Assembly: GCF_018350175.1 (NCBI RefSeq)
Contig: NC_058368.1
Location: 72,976,001-73,040,000 of the forward strand
Direction: 5' to 3'
Length of the DNA stretch: 64,000 nucleotides
From: Felis catus
Taxonomy: Eukaryota
Shown: in pieces, positions 11,265 to 24,499 of the stretch
Layout of the letters: each line of letters opens with the position of its first letter
How positions within the stretch are numbered: the stretch's first letter is position 1
The notes under the pieces: generated by a model
Database searches by the model: none
The model's input: only the letters and a program-made list of their open reading frames with translations
Told to the model about the DNA's origin: nothing
Position numbers and translations under genes: made by a program

Positions 11265-11695
11265 TTTTTTTTATTGAGGCCTAATTAACATTTAACACAT
11301 TAGTTTCTTTTTTTTAACATTTATCTTTGAGACAGAGAGAGACAGAGCATGAACGGGGAAGGGTCAGAGAGAGGGAGACACAGGATCTGAAACAGGCTCC
11401 AGGCTCTGAGCTGTCAGCACAGAACCCGATGCGGGGCTCGAACTCAGGGACCGCGAGATCACAACCTGAGCCGAAGTCGGATGCTTAACCGACTGAGCCA
11501 CCCAGGCGCCCCAACACATTAGTTTCAAGTGTACAACATAGTGATTCGATATTTGTACACACTGTGAAATGATCATTATAACAAGTCTAGTTACCATCCA
11601 TTACCATATGAAGTTACAGGGTTTTTTTTTTCTTTTGAGGAAACTTTTAAGATTACTCCCAGCAATTTTTAACTATGCACACAATACTATTGACT
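11265..11695 (-). mobile_element. L1 3' end fragment interrupted by a SINE
   Basis: ttttattgagg...aacacattagtttc[SINE]aagtgtacaacatagtgattcgatatttgtacac...aagtctagttaccatc, an antisense mammalian L1 3'UTR. Confidence 0.8.
11308..11512 (-). mobile_element. CanSINE (SINEC_Fc)
   Basis: Perfect 14-bp TSD aacacattagtttc at 11294-11307 and 11513-11526. Confidence 0.97.
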
Positions 11696-13365
11696 CCCCA
11701 CGTATCTACCACTCTCCCCTCCTCCATCTCCTTCTCCTCCCTTCCCTCTCCTTCCCCATGCTCCTTTCCTGCTCCTCCCACTTTTAGAGCAAAGATACTA
11801 CTTCTGTCCTCAGCCCAAGCAGATGGCTGTCCTGGTCTAACTTACGGAGAGAGCCGTTTATAGAGAAATTCGGCAGAAGACGCAAGGTATGGTATCTCTG
11901 AACACATCTTCTGCCACAATAGCATCTATTCTACAACCAGTTCATTGTTGCATTTCGGTGAAAGACCTCTGACGACCAAGACTAACAAAGCAGATTTTGT
12001 TATCATAAAACGATATGGGTAAGCCAGAATGTTCCTTGGCAATTGTTTGTTTTTAAAACAAAACAAAGCAAGAAGGCTTCAGTGAAATTCTGCTACCCAG
12101 CATTATATTCTCTCAGACTATACAAACCAAACAAAGGTAAACCTTTGTCATGGCAAAGGGTATGGACGGTTGAGCTTAAAGCACTAAAATTATTCAGAAA
12201 TGACAAGTGGTAACATTGCTTTTAACATCAGACTCTTCATCAGAGTGCAGAAGGAAGTTTCTTCCTTTGACTTAATGTTTCCTTGATTGGAAAATCTTTT
12301 CAGGAAGAGACAAAGAGTCTATCCTTTTTAAGTATATGAATAAACAAAATAAAAATTGCAAGTCTTAATGTCTCTTATTTCTCATTTTAATCTTGCTTAA
12401 AAATATTTAATTTGTATAAAAAAGAATGAATAAAATCATTGCAAGTGGCAAATAGTTCTTCAAAAGAAAGTTTCTTTTCTTTAATTCAAAAAATAATTAT
12501 ATGTGTTACTGAATTTAAAGAAATCCATATTGGAAAAGGCTTACATTGCCCATCAATAAAACATTTTTAATGCCACTTTTTAAATAAGGTTTACTATTCT
12601 CTTAAGAAGCACATCAAGATAGCCCCCATGTATTGATGACTGGACATGCCCACCCTCAAATTATTCTTCAGTAAATAAAATTTTAAAAATCTTTCAGTTT
12701 TCTGTTTTGTTGCTGCACTGTATATTTTATAAGATTTTAAAATAAATTTTGAAAAAATGTATAAGCATATTTACCTTTTAAAGTTAAATGTACGTGTTTC
12801 TAAGTCATTATCATAAAATATTTCTATTTAACTTTAGGAAGAAGAACATGTCAATATTAAATCAATTCCTACTAGTTATTTAAAATAAGCATTTCTACTC
12901 AAATAACCCAGCCTCTCCCCTACACTAGTTTGGAATGATCTTCCTTTACTACTGTATTTTTAGACTTCCCTGGTACCTGAATTGGAATCAGCTAGAGAAA
13001 TTTGGTCAGTCATTCTGGAAAAATGTTCCAAAGTCTCCTAATATGACTTTGCTTAGTCTTTTGGACACTTGTCCCCCTGAACAAACTCATCCTTTAGGGA
13101 TGGCCTGTAGCTGTTGCCCTGCCCACTTGTCACAGTTCTCTGCAAATTGTTCAGCCTACAATTAAAGAGTGTGAGTCTGAAAGGCCCTTGTTTGTTCACA
13201 TAAGATAGACATTTTCTCCATCAATACCACTTGTACTTTTTGCCTGAAGATCATCTTGCTAACAGGAGGCAAAATCAGAGAGGCTTTGAAACCCAGGTGC
13301 ACGCCCGGGTACCTAGCAGGTAATCTGGGAGTACGATTCAGCAAGCATCGTCAAGTATCACTGGC

Positions 13366-13529
13366 GGGGCACTTGTGTGGCTCAGTCGGTTAAGTGTCCA
13401 ACTTTGGCTCAGGTCATGATCTCATGATCCATGAGTTGGAGCCCTGCATAGGGCTCTGTGCTGACAGCTCAGAGCCTGGAGTCTGCTTTGGATTCTGTGT
13501 CTCCCTCTCTCTCTGCCCTTCCCTCACTT

Positions 13530-13588
<59 letters not shown>

Positions 13589-13625
13589 AATAAATAATAT
13601 CAATCAACATTAAAAAAATGGTTTA
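13366..13625 (+). mobile_element. CanSINE with expanded (CT)n linker
   Basis: ggggcacttgtgtggctcagtcggttaag head, long (CT)n at about 13533-13585, A tail; degenerate TSD aagtatcactggc / aagtacccttggc. Confidence 0.95.
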
Positions 13626-15884
13626 AAGTACCCTTGGCCTTTGTTACGTCAGTTACCAAGCACAAGGGACACTCAATATGCTCACCAGCACATAGACACA
13701 GAAACCAGTCAGTTTTTGCTGCTGTGAGTGGCCAAACTGGGGCATATCAGCTACAGACCAACATTGGACAATACTTTCTCTACTTGGATTTCCCTATTCC
13801 AAAGCATCCTATAGCTTAAAAACAAGCATAAACTTGTTTATGAATAAAGAATAAAAAAATGTATCATATTTGAGGCATTGTGGACGTGAATATTTTTTAA
13901 AATACTTCACAAATCTAAATGTATTCATTGTCCCCACATTTTGTATGCTCACCATGTGCTGTTGCTGTGTCAGTTTTAAAAAAGGAAAAGTCATCTGTGA
14001 GCAAAGCGTTCACTGCTGCATCAGAACAGTACTGAATTGATGGATGAATGACTATGTGGCAAAGCATGCACAAGTACTTGGAGCTACTTAGCTCAAATCC
14101 AAAGCACACCATTGATTCTTAGCAAGGGACTGGTCCAGTGGGAACTCTGTCCTTCTGGAGCTTAGAGTTCAACAGTAAAAACAAACTGATTTGAAAGATT
14201 AAAACTTTCTAGAAAATTGATATTCTTTTTTTATTCATTTATAGGGTACAGAAGACAGCCAGACCTTGAGTCTACAGCTGGATCCCTCAAGAAATCTGAT
14301 TGGAATCAAGCTAAATTCAAATGATGCCCAATGGTTATGATCCTAGTGTCCTTTCTACTGGTTCATGATGTGCCTGACATTCTCCGAAGTGCAGGCTCCT
14401 TGTTTTACTGAAAGAATAATGGTCAGTGCTCCTTTCCTTTTTTCAAAGAAAATCATTAGCTTTTTTAGTCAATATGGGACATGGTGACTATTACTTTTCA
14501 GAAATACCATCCTTTTCTGCATTGCCTCTTCTTCCCGATTTTGCATCTGCTGATGTCTGTGTACTGAATCTATCCTAAACTGTTTTGTCAGCAAGTTATT
14601 TCCAGAAAAAAAAAATTGCAAAACTCTCAAAGGGTATTTGAGTGATTTCTCAGGAACCTATGGCTCATTGAAATCCTATATTCATGCAAAGGGGAGTCTA
14701 TTACTAAGAGCTATTCAAAGGCAAGTGTGACACTGAAGAATTTATAAAGAAAACGAACTCCCATCTTAGAACAAAAGTGCCCTTCATTTCATAATTTCAT
14801 AATGCCTGATACCACCACACTCCTTTAAATCTATTATTAAAGAAAATAGACCAATTTTAAATCATATCCCCAATTAGCATAAATGACAATAACATAAGCC
14901 ATGGTATTGGCTCATCACTTCCAACACATAGCACCTGTGTCTCTCAGCTCATGCCCCGTGCCTCCCCTGAGGTGAAACATAGCACCTCACATGAGCATCC
15001 TAAACCAGCAATCTCCAAACATCACACCCTCATCCCCAGCACAAATATAGGGCCAAAGCCTCCTTGACCATCTTCCCCAGCACCTTGACTGACCTATCCC
15101 CTTTCCTTGTCCAGAGTCTTGACTTCCAGAATGCCTAAAGTCCAGTGCCCCTGCTCTGCTTCAGTAGCTTGACAAAAGATAAAGTAAGGACTGTGGAAAG
15201 CTAAGAAATTGCCATTGGGGGTTGAAGAAACACCATTATGGCCGATAAGGTTGGAAAATGAAAACTCTGCAAACTGAATCATAATCCTCCCATTGTGTAA
15301 AACAAGGACCCGACAGCTGCTAAAAATCAGCTGTTGATTTAAGTCACCAATTTTACTCAAATTCCCCAGTTCTCCAATATAACTATGAATACTCATGCAT
15401 TTGTTATTTAACTTTAATTTTAAATTAAATGTATCATTATAAATTAAACTCAAATTTAAAATTTTATCTAATTCCCTTTGATCATGGAGGTACATATCCT
15501 CTGGGAAATGGGTATCATGGAAACAGTAAGTGATGAGGAAGAGATGCCAAGAAAATCACATTATGGAAGGACAGAAAAAAGAAAAAAGAGGAGGAATTAA
15601 AGCTGAAAGAAACCCAAGGGTTACCTGCAGGATGGAATTCAGTAGGGCAGCCTATGGCAATAGTGTAACCACATATCAAATAGGATAAAAGTGTGTCTAT
15701 AACATGACGTCCTCACTCTCTCTTGAGCATCCCACAGCATGTGGTGAAGAAATGGAGATGCCATGGAGAAATAGCCAGTTTAACCCAATAATCAGTGTCG
15801 CCCGTGTAACTGCAGAGGATGGCCGAATCTCTGCCTCCTCCACCATCCAGAATGCTTCTGGTCCCCATAACGGTCCTAGCAACC

Positions 15885-16752
15885 ACTTGATGTGATTAAG
15901 GTTACGGACTGTTATGGGGTTGAATCATGTCTCCAAAAAGAGACATTGAAGTCCTCATCCCCATTATCTGTCAATGTGACATTACTTGGACATAGAGTCT
16001 TTGCAGGTGTAATCAAGTTAAGATGAGGCCTTTAAGATGGGCTCTTAATCCAAGATGACTAATACCCTTATACGAAGCCCGAAGAGACAGAGACACAGGA
16101 GGAGAGAAGGCCAGGTGATGACAGAAGTAGAGAGTGTAGTGATGCACCTGCAAGCCAAGAAATTCCATGGATTGACAGCCCCCACCAGAAGCTAGTAAGA
16201 GGCCAGGGAGAATTCTACCTAAAGTCTTAGAGGGAGCATGGCCTGCTAACATCTTCATTTTGCACTTACAGTTTCAAGAGCTGAGAGAGTAAATTTTTGT
16301 TGTTTAAAGCCACCCACCTTGTGGCACTGTGTTAGGTCAGCCCTAGGAAACTAAGTCACTGGGCTTCAGATGGGAAGATTGTCCTGGGTCATCTAAGTGG
16401 GCCCAACATAATCACATGGACCCCTTAAAGGTGGAGAACCTTTCCAGGCCATGGTAAGAAGGAGAAATGTGATGGTGAAAGCAGAATTAGAGAGACGGCA
16501 CATTGCTGGCCTTGGAGATGGAAGAAGGTGGCCATGAGCGAGGAACACAGGAGGCTGACCAACTGGGAAAGGCAAGGAGGCACACTCTATACCAGGGTCT
16601 CCAGGAGGAACGTGGCCCTGCCAGCACCTCAGTCTTAGCCCTAAAGAGATCCATGTTGGACTTCTGCTCTCCAGAACAGTAAGATAATACATTTGCATTG
16701 TTGAAGCCAAGCATGTGATAGTTTTTATGTTTTGTGACAGAAAACTAATACA
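15885..16752 (+). mobile_element. MaLR LTR (MLT1D/E-like), split by a nested LTR
   Basis: gatgtgattaaggttacggac (about 15889-15909) resumes after about 16364 as ttcagatgggaagattgtcctggg...gtgggcccaacataatcacatg and ends aaactaataca at 16752. Confidence 0.75.
15910..16358 (+). mobile_element. MaLR solo LTR (MLT1B/C-like)
   Basis: tgttatggggttgaatcatgtctcc start; gtctttgcaggtgtaatcaagttaagatgagg; ccaccagaagctag; ends cagccctaggaaactaagtca. Confidence 0.88.
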
Positions 16753-16789
16753 ATGGCCTATATTACAAAACAGTGTACTCAGTGATCAT

Positions 16790-16948
16790 TATTATTGTTA
16801 TTATTTGAATTTCATCACATTTTGTGGAAATCTGTCTTCTCTCTTGTTATGTAAGTACCTATTTAATGGCCTCAATTTTCCATCTTGGCCCACAAAGCCT
16901 AAAATGTTCTCCAGCTGGCTCTTTACACACAACGTTTGATGACCCCCC
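16790..16948 (+). mobile_element. MER58/Cheshire-like hAT end fragment
   Basis: tggcccacaaagcctaaaatgttc...ctggctctttacacacaacgtttgatgacccc resembles the MER58 terminus. Confidence 0.7.
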
Positions 16949-18899
16949 ATTTTTGATTGTTAACAAATTTCAGGTTAGTTAAAAGGAAAATACTTAAAAA
17001 ACATAAATTTTTCATTTCTCAATATTTCTTGCTGAATAGTTTCCTGAAGTTCAGATTTGAGAAGCAGATTTATTGTAAAGAGCTGTATAATTATAGCTTC
17101 CAGAAAAATCAAAACAAATGTACTCACTCTTACTATAACTATATTTATTCATTTTTTAAAGCCACTGGGGCTGTTTGTGATGTGCCACCACGGTGCCCTT
17201 GGAATGGCAAACTTGTGAGTCAAGAGTCAGAAGAAGGTTCTAGACAACATGCAGTGAAGATGAGGACCGACTTCTATTTCCAGAGACCCGTGCAAGCCCA
17301 CTTATGCCAGACAGATGGAGAAGATGCCATTTCTACCCACAGGTGGCTTTGTAGCACTGGGCGTAGGCTAGCTCTATATAAAAGCCAAGTATTTGATAAG
17401 AGTGCGCAAGACTGAGGAAATAATAAAAACTTTCCAACTTGAAAAATGAGATCTACCTATAATATGTTCAGAGTTCATTCCCCTGAGGATTCTTCAGAAC
17501 TCAGAAATTCCAAATGAGATAATAAGTAAGTTAAATACAACGCTGTTCTCGCTTATTAATCATCTGTTCAAAGAGTTCAAAACTTATTCGTCTTAATCAC
17601 ACCATTCGGAGTTTGGTAGCCTCATTTGGAAGAACTGGAATTTAAGAAGGTGTAAATGGATTGCTGAAGACAGACTGGGTCATTCATTAAGAAAAGTGAT
17701 TAGCATTGCCAGATTGTCTCTGCCCCACAGACCAGTTAACCCTGTTCTTGTTTGAGAGAAGATGGTAGCTTAATGAAAAGCATCTTTTATTCAGTAATAA
17801 CGAATAGCTGTTTAGTGTCTACCATGTGCTGGGAACAGGAAAGCCAGACTTGCCCCCGCTCCTCAGTGAACTCCGTCTTCTGCTGTCAGAACAGAGGATG
17901 TGTTTAACATTTGCCTCCCTCACACCTCACCACACCCGACCCCTCCTCACATGCGTCAGTCTGTGTGCCACATTAGCAGACAACAGGCACAAGCAGAAAT
18001 ATCTCCACCCATGGCCAGAGAGCTCAATAAATCCAACAGAGAGGCCATACATGTTCTTCAGAGTCAGACTTCAGTTCAAATCCACTCTCTCTATTGGCAA
18101 GGTGACAGTGGGAAAATAGTCTAACGGGTAGGCAGCAGTTTTCAGAACTCACACATAAAAGAAAGAGAATAGCATGTCTTTCATGATGAGCTATGAAAAC
18201 ACAGAAGTTCACCCAGCTGGCTACCATAGAAGGTCATCAGTAAAATTTAGCCACCATGAATGATTTTGAAAGAGATAAAGTAAATGTAAAGAACACTTAG
18301 ACTTCTTTGAATAGTTCCGTAGGACTCTTGTTTGCTAACTTGGTTTCTGTCTCAAAGGCGACTCAGTAAAGGAGCCCCTGATATATGCATAGGCACCTCC
18401 CACATAGACATGACAGAAACATCCTGGGACAGTGAAAATGTGCCAAGAAAGGGCAGAATGGCACATTAGACAACTCAGAACAAAGGCAATGTGTTGACCA
18501 TTATCTCCAGAGACACACATAAGCCTACCAATCCCAGTACCATACAAGCATGTCAACAACTTTAAATTGAGAAGAAACCAAAATAGTGAAAGATGCATGG
18601 AAGGAAGGGAGAGAAAAGCAACAGGGTGAAAGGGCCACACAGGGACACAGGAGGCAGGCAGGTACACATCTCTAATTATGTAGAGCACACGGTACAATAC
18701 CTCCATCCATCTGCACTCACGTGTGTAGTGAATGGGCAACAGTCACATGTTTGGGGAGTGGGCGACCACCCTCACTCTGCCTCTGAAGCTGTGTGATTGA
18801 GAAGATTCTATTTTTTGGAACTAGAGAAGTGATAAATGATGATGGAGAGGTAAGAAGGCAATTTAGACAGTTTTCAAAATAAGATAAATGGCTAGGAAA

Positions 18900-19490
18900 T
18901 GTGAGCAAAACAAATAATCCATATTTTTTTAATAATGCAAATTCAGTCAGTGTGATGCAATGTTCACCTATCAAATGAACCAAGAATTAAAAAGCAGATG
19001 AGGGCAGAGTGAAACAGAGGCATTGAGACATTGCTGGAGGAAATGTAAATTGATGTTAAGAGTTTGAAAAGTAATTTGGTGATATTTACCAAAATAATTT
19101 GGAATGTTCATACCTTTGACTTATTAATTCTTCTTAGAAACAATCATAACATAGTTATAAGGAGATACACCAAAATGCTCACAAAAAGTTCTGTACAGAA
19201 GTGCCATACAACCGAGAAAATTGGAAATCCCCCAAAGTGTTCAATACTAACAGGATGCTTTAAAAAGCCAGAGCATATCCATATGCTGGGATACTCTGTA
19301 GCTATTAAAAATAAAGGCTTTTCAATAACACAGGGAAATTTAATAACATTAAAAATGTCAAGTAAAGAAAGCATATGTTCTCACATAAGCTAAAATGTAT
19401 TGAGAAAAATACACCAAGAAATTAATATTGCTAGAATTATGAACACACATTTCCTCATTCCTCATATTGTTTTTCAAATTTTCTAAAGGC
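18900..19490 (+). mobile_element. Ancient L1 (L1ME-like) ORF2 end/3' region
   Basis: aatgcaaatt...ttcacctatcaaat; cattgctggaggaaatgtaaattg; gaaaattggaaatccccaaagtgttcaat; ctctgtagctattaaaaa. Confidence 0.7.
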
Positions 19491-20374
19491 ACATGTCGTT
19501 ATCCTTAAGTTCAGGAAGGACATAAAGCTAAAATAATTACCATAATAAGAAAAAAGATCAAAGGAAACTGTTCTTGTCTGTTTTCTTTCATAGTTCTGAG
19601 GTCTTGCGTCCATTGGAAAATAAGAAAATGACTACCGGGAAAAGAATTTTATTTATTGGCTTCAGAAAGGCCATGAGACAGTAAGAAGAGAAGTGAACAG
19701 GTGGCTACATAAATTCTTAAAGAGGGAGCTGCTCCTAAGAGAGCAAATTTTCTAAACCTCTCTTCAAAATATATGCTATGTAATGTGGCATTTTTCATTT
19801 CCATTTTCTAGACTTATTTTGATTGAAAAGTTATGCAATAGGGCTAAAGCTTTAGAATATACCTAGGCTATGCTCTCTTCCTAAATGCATTCTAAAGTCA
19901 TTTCACCTCTAATACATTTCTTATAAGTTAGGGAAAGAAAAAGTTTCTGGCATTCAACTATGATATCCTGGGGTCCCTCAACTCTGACAGCAGAGACCTT
20001 TAAAAAATTTATTTACTCCTATTTTCTTCCTCTATTGCTTGACTTTTGTATTTTAATCTGAGTTAAAGGATCTGTCATATAGTACTGTGTTTTACCTCAA
20101 TTCTTTTTGGTAATCACCATATATACATACATAGACACAGAGCATATATGATTGCATATATAATTTGTTACTTACCACATAATGTTATATGTAAAATATA
20201 TATATATATATATATAGCGACAACAATAATAATAATAAACTATATCAGGTGCATAATAAGAACTTTTCTCGTAAAGATATCCATATGAGTTAATATCACA
20301 CCTTCCCTTTAAAATTCCATTTCTATCCAAAAATTAGTTTAAATGTTATCTATAGAAACCACATGATAAAGTAA

Positions 20375-20562
20375 AAGGAGTCTGAAGCTGAAGCCCACAG
20401 ACCTGTATTCAGAGCTAGATCTCCCAAGTTTATTATAGGGACAAATCACTCAATGCCTTGGCCCACACATTTGTCATCTGCTGAGTGGAAATGATACAGT
20501 CCTCACAGCATAACTGTGACATGAGATAATACATGTGGGAGTGAGTATGAATTGTAAAGCTA
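20375..20562 (+). mobile_element. MIR SINE
   Basis: ggacaaatcactcaatgcc...tttgtcatctg core and atgagataatacatgtg 3' part. Confidence 0.65.
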
Positions 20563-21254
20563 TTATTTTAACTCCTTCACACCAAAACAGGGGTAGGAAG
20601 CCTTTTACAGGACTTCTCCACTCAATTAACATGCTATATTTATTCAAATGGAGAAAAGATCCAAAAAAAATTTTATTGACCCACTCTGGAAGACGTTCTT
20701 AGCCTGGACTCATTATCTTGAATGCAGACACAAGAATTTACCAGTATTAACATGGTGTAACTTTTTCCAGATAAAAGAAAATAAGTAAATATGTCGATAA
20801 GTAAAGCTGACAATTTACAAAACAGAGATGAAGCTATAGTAATAGTGAATGAAATTTTGCCATTAATAAGCTTAATATTTCTCTGGGTAACATAACCATT
20901 ATTTTCTTACATTTGCTCATTGGATTAACAGATTAGGACTTGCACTGCAAGTCTGCACTGCAGAATAGAATGGTATAGTGTTTTTCATACTTAAGTAATG
21001 AAAAGATATTTAAAGGAAAAGATCTTCTCACTAACTGCAAATGTTGACAAACATGTTCATAACAATATTAATATATAAAACTTGGTATAATCTGTCTGCC
21101 CTATCCATATGACTTGTTTACAACTATAAAACTAAAAATTGATAAATGGAAAGCAAACAAAACTACAAAAAACAGTATGAAAAACAATAGCATTAATGTG
21201 AAATACTATATTGTTTGCTAAAACTAAACAACCATTCTCAATGTGAGTATAATA

Positions 21255-21255
<1 letters not shown>

Positions 21256-21288
<33 letters not shown>

Positions 21289-21299
21289 TCACACACACA
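21256..21299. repeat. (CA)n microsatellite
   Basis: CA run with one interruption. Confidence 0.95.
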
Positions 21300-21319
21300 T
21301 TTAAAGTCTGACATGTCTC

Positions 21320-21554
21320 GGGGCGCCTGGGAGGCGCAGTCGGTTAAGCATCCGACTTCAGCCAGGTCACAATCTCGCGGTCCGTGAGTTCAAGCCCCGC
21401 ATCGGGCTCTGGGCTGATGGCTCAGAGCCTGGAGCCTGTTTCTGATTCTGTGTCTCCCTCTCTCTCTGCCCCTCCCCCGTTCATGCTCTGTCTCTCTCTG
21501 TCCCAAAAATAAATAAACGTTGAAAAAAAATTTTTTTTTAAATAAATAAAAAAA
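21320..21554 (+). mobile_element. Young feline SINE
   Basis: CpG-rich body; perfect 18-bp TSD taaagtctgacatgtctc at 21302-21319 and 21555-21572. Confidence 0.98.
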
Positions 21555-23000
21555 TAAAGTCTGACATGTCTCTATATGCAATGTTCCTAACATTTTTCTC
21601 TGTTCAAACTTCTATGACATCTCCACTGGGATGGTACACGCCTGAGTTACACATGCAGTGTCCAGATGGGCACACACCTGGGTTGCTCATGTGAGGTGCA
21701 TGCGAAGCACATAGAGGCACACACTTGAATCACACATGCAATATACATAGGAAGCATGTGCAGACACATGACTGAGCTACACGAGGAGGACAACTCCAGT
21801 CTTTCCCCATTAACCTAGGATAAATAAGTAGCACTCCTCAAGCTATAGTCATATGATCAACCCAACTGAAAATATGGGTAATAAAATTGCATGACCAAAC
21901 TCCATTAGGAGTAATCTGACACATGTTCATACTATTTTTTTAGACTATAATCCACATGAAAGTATAAAATTAGTCATTTTCTTGAGAAACACACAAGCAC
22001 TGGGAAAACGTTTATACATTCCTGTTTGAGGAACTCTAGTATCTATATTGTAACTTAAATCTAAATATTTTGAAAAGTTTTTTTATTAAATAGAATCACA
22101 GAATTACTGACTTGAATAGAATTGCCGAGGTGCCAAAATCTGCCAGATATAACATTGATTTTTGTTGCTGACTCAGACCAACGACATCAGCAACAGGATC
22201 CCTGGGTTGGGAGCTAATTGAGTCTAGTCTCCATCCTTGCCAACTATCTTCTTTCTTAGTTTCTCTCTTTGCCACCTTAGTGTCCTATCCTTGCTCTTTG
22301 TAAATAACACTCATTTGGGACAAGCAAAACAGACACACCATTGAAACAGATTTGTTTTCTTACTGTCAGCCCATAAAATAACTCCTCTGTGGAAGAAAAG
22401 CCACTGTTACAGTCAGTTGCATACCTAGAGATTCCAAATTCTTCTGTAAATATTTAAGACTGAGGCCTTTTCTCTGTTAACCACAAAACAATAGACTTCC
22501 AGGCCTGCTCACCTGCATAAGTTAACACAAAAAGTAATGGACATTCCTCATAAGTAGATGCTTACATAGCCTGCTCTTACTCACATAGCTATGGTCTCAT
22601 AAGAGAAGCACAAAGAGAAATAGACACCCAACAAGCTGATCTACTGAATTTTCAGCAATTCATTCAATTTAACAAATTGTTAGGTGCCTGTTATCTGAAA
22701 AATACTATGCAGCTTTGAGTTTTCTCTTTATATCAATGATGAAATAAAAGAACAAGATACCTAGGCTCCAAGTTTTATTCATCCATCTCCTTTATTTAAA
22801 ACATATATTGATCATTTATCATGATGTACTAGGCATTGTGTTGGATTCAGCAAGAGATTAAAGAGGGGAGAGATCATTTCTCAACTGAAGGACTGGGACA
22901 CATGTTATAGATGAACTGGCATATAACTTTAAACTAGAAAACATCAGAACTGCAGCAGAGAGAAATGAAGAGGGAAAATAAAGGGGAGCAAAGAGAAAAC

Positions 23001-23282
23001 AATGTAGTATTGTGGTTAAGAACAAGAATATGGTCAACTGCAAAGATCCAAGTTCATGTTCCAGTGTTTTCAATTACTATCTGTATAAGCTGGAGAAATT
23101 ATTTAACCTCTTCAAGTCATAATGTCCTTTATGTGCCAGAAGGTGAAACAGAAGGACTTAACAAATTCATTTTGTTGACATTTCATTTTGTTTTTGTTTT
23201 GAAGAATTAAATGAGATTAAGTACAATATCTGGCATAGGATTAGTGCTCAATTAAGGCTACCTTTTTGCATTATAATTATTA
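23001..23282 (+). mobile_element. MIR SINE, near full length
   Basis: gtagtattgtggttaagaac head; gagaaattatttaacctct core; gaattaaatgagat...ctggcatag...gtgctcaat tail. Confidence 0.8.
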
Positions 23283-23829
23283 TTTTAAATATTCTGGTGT
23301 CAAAAATAGCATAACAAACTTCACAGAGCCAGAAAATGTAGAACCTGCTGTGGAAATGATGAACATTCTCCTTTGGTTAAAGTTTAGAACTTAGAAGAAA
23401 AGCAGAGGCTGATAGATTTGAAAAGTTAATTCTGGTCACACTGAAAAAAAGGCTAATAAGTTGGGTTTAATGTGTAGATAGTACAGAGACTTTGAAACTT
23501 CTTCAGCAGAGTAGTAATATAATAAGAGGGGTGCTTTGGGAAGAAGCTGGTAAGTGAGCTGAAGTGGAGAGAGGTGAGAGAGAAAAAGAGAATATTTCAT
23601 AAGAAGTATTTCAATTAACCAATTAAAACTTACAAGTAACTAAAGATTTGAAGTGATGAAAAGGAGGGATTGGATGTGGGAGAGCCATTATGAAGATAGA
23701 ATCCCTTCCAGCTTTTAGTGACGTCCTTAAGTTAAGAAAGTTTGACCTAAACAGTTCTTAAATGAAAACCAAAGGTCATAGCATTGACCCAATCGGTGTT
23801 GTAATAAAAACTCTAAATATCGGCTGTAT

Positions 23830-24120
23830 GTCAACTGTGTGCCAGCAACACACATTAGGTACCATTTTAGCTTCATGCTAAGGCTGGATACCCAACGGAT
23901 TTCACATGCTCACACAATCCAACATAGAAGGAAAAAAGGAAACTTTTCCTCTGGTTGTTTCTAGCAATCTTCCCTCATACCTCCTTGGCTTGAATTGGTT
24001 ATATCTCCATTCCTGAACCACTAACTGTGATCATGGGATCACCATGTTCTTTGAGATAAGTCCTGTTTGCCTGAATCAACTGTTTTGTCTAAAAGAATGA
24101 GACTATGTTATTGTGGTGAT
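23830..24120 (-). mobile_element. Old MaLR (MLT1J/K/L-like) LTR fragment
   Basis: cttggcttgaattggttatatctccattcctgaaccactaactgtg motif typical of antisense late-MLT1 LTRs. Confidence 0.45.
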
Positions 24121-24123
24121 AAT

Positions 24124-24326
24124 GGTGGTTTTCAACCAGGGGCAAGTTTGCCCTGAAATGGACATTAGACAATGTCTGTTGTCAAACAAATAGTAACTGG
24201 GAAGGTGTTACTGGTATCTACTGGGAAGAGTACAAGAATGATGTTAAAGATCCTACAAAGCACAGGACAACCCCACAATACAATTATTGGACCCAAAATA
24301 TCAATAGTGTCAAGGTTGGAATGCCA
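24124..24326 (+). mobile_element. MER20 hAT-Charlie MITE
   Basis: gtggttttcaaccaggggcaagtttgccc...tactggtatcta...atcctacaaagcacaggacaacccc...cccaaaatatcaatagtgtcaaggttg. Confidence 0.85.
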
Positions 24327-24499
24327 GATTAGGGGAATCAGGGATTACCTCTGGATCTGATCATGGGATTGACTTCAAATCCAACTTCACATTCATAGAG
24401 AAGGGTAAAGTCAATGTTAGAAAGACAGCCATTAAGTCCATTAAATTCATATACTAATCAAAAATTAATTGGATGGGAGAGCACTGCAAGAATATTAAG

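Noticed and set aside
16957..17415. 152-aa ORF
   Set aside because: Non-ATG start, AT-rich K/F/N-biased first half, no recognisable homology or supporting splice structure.
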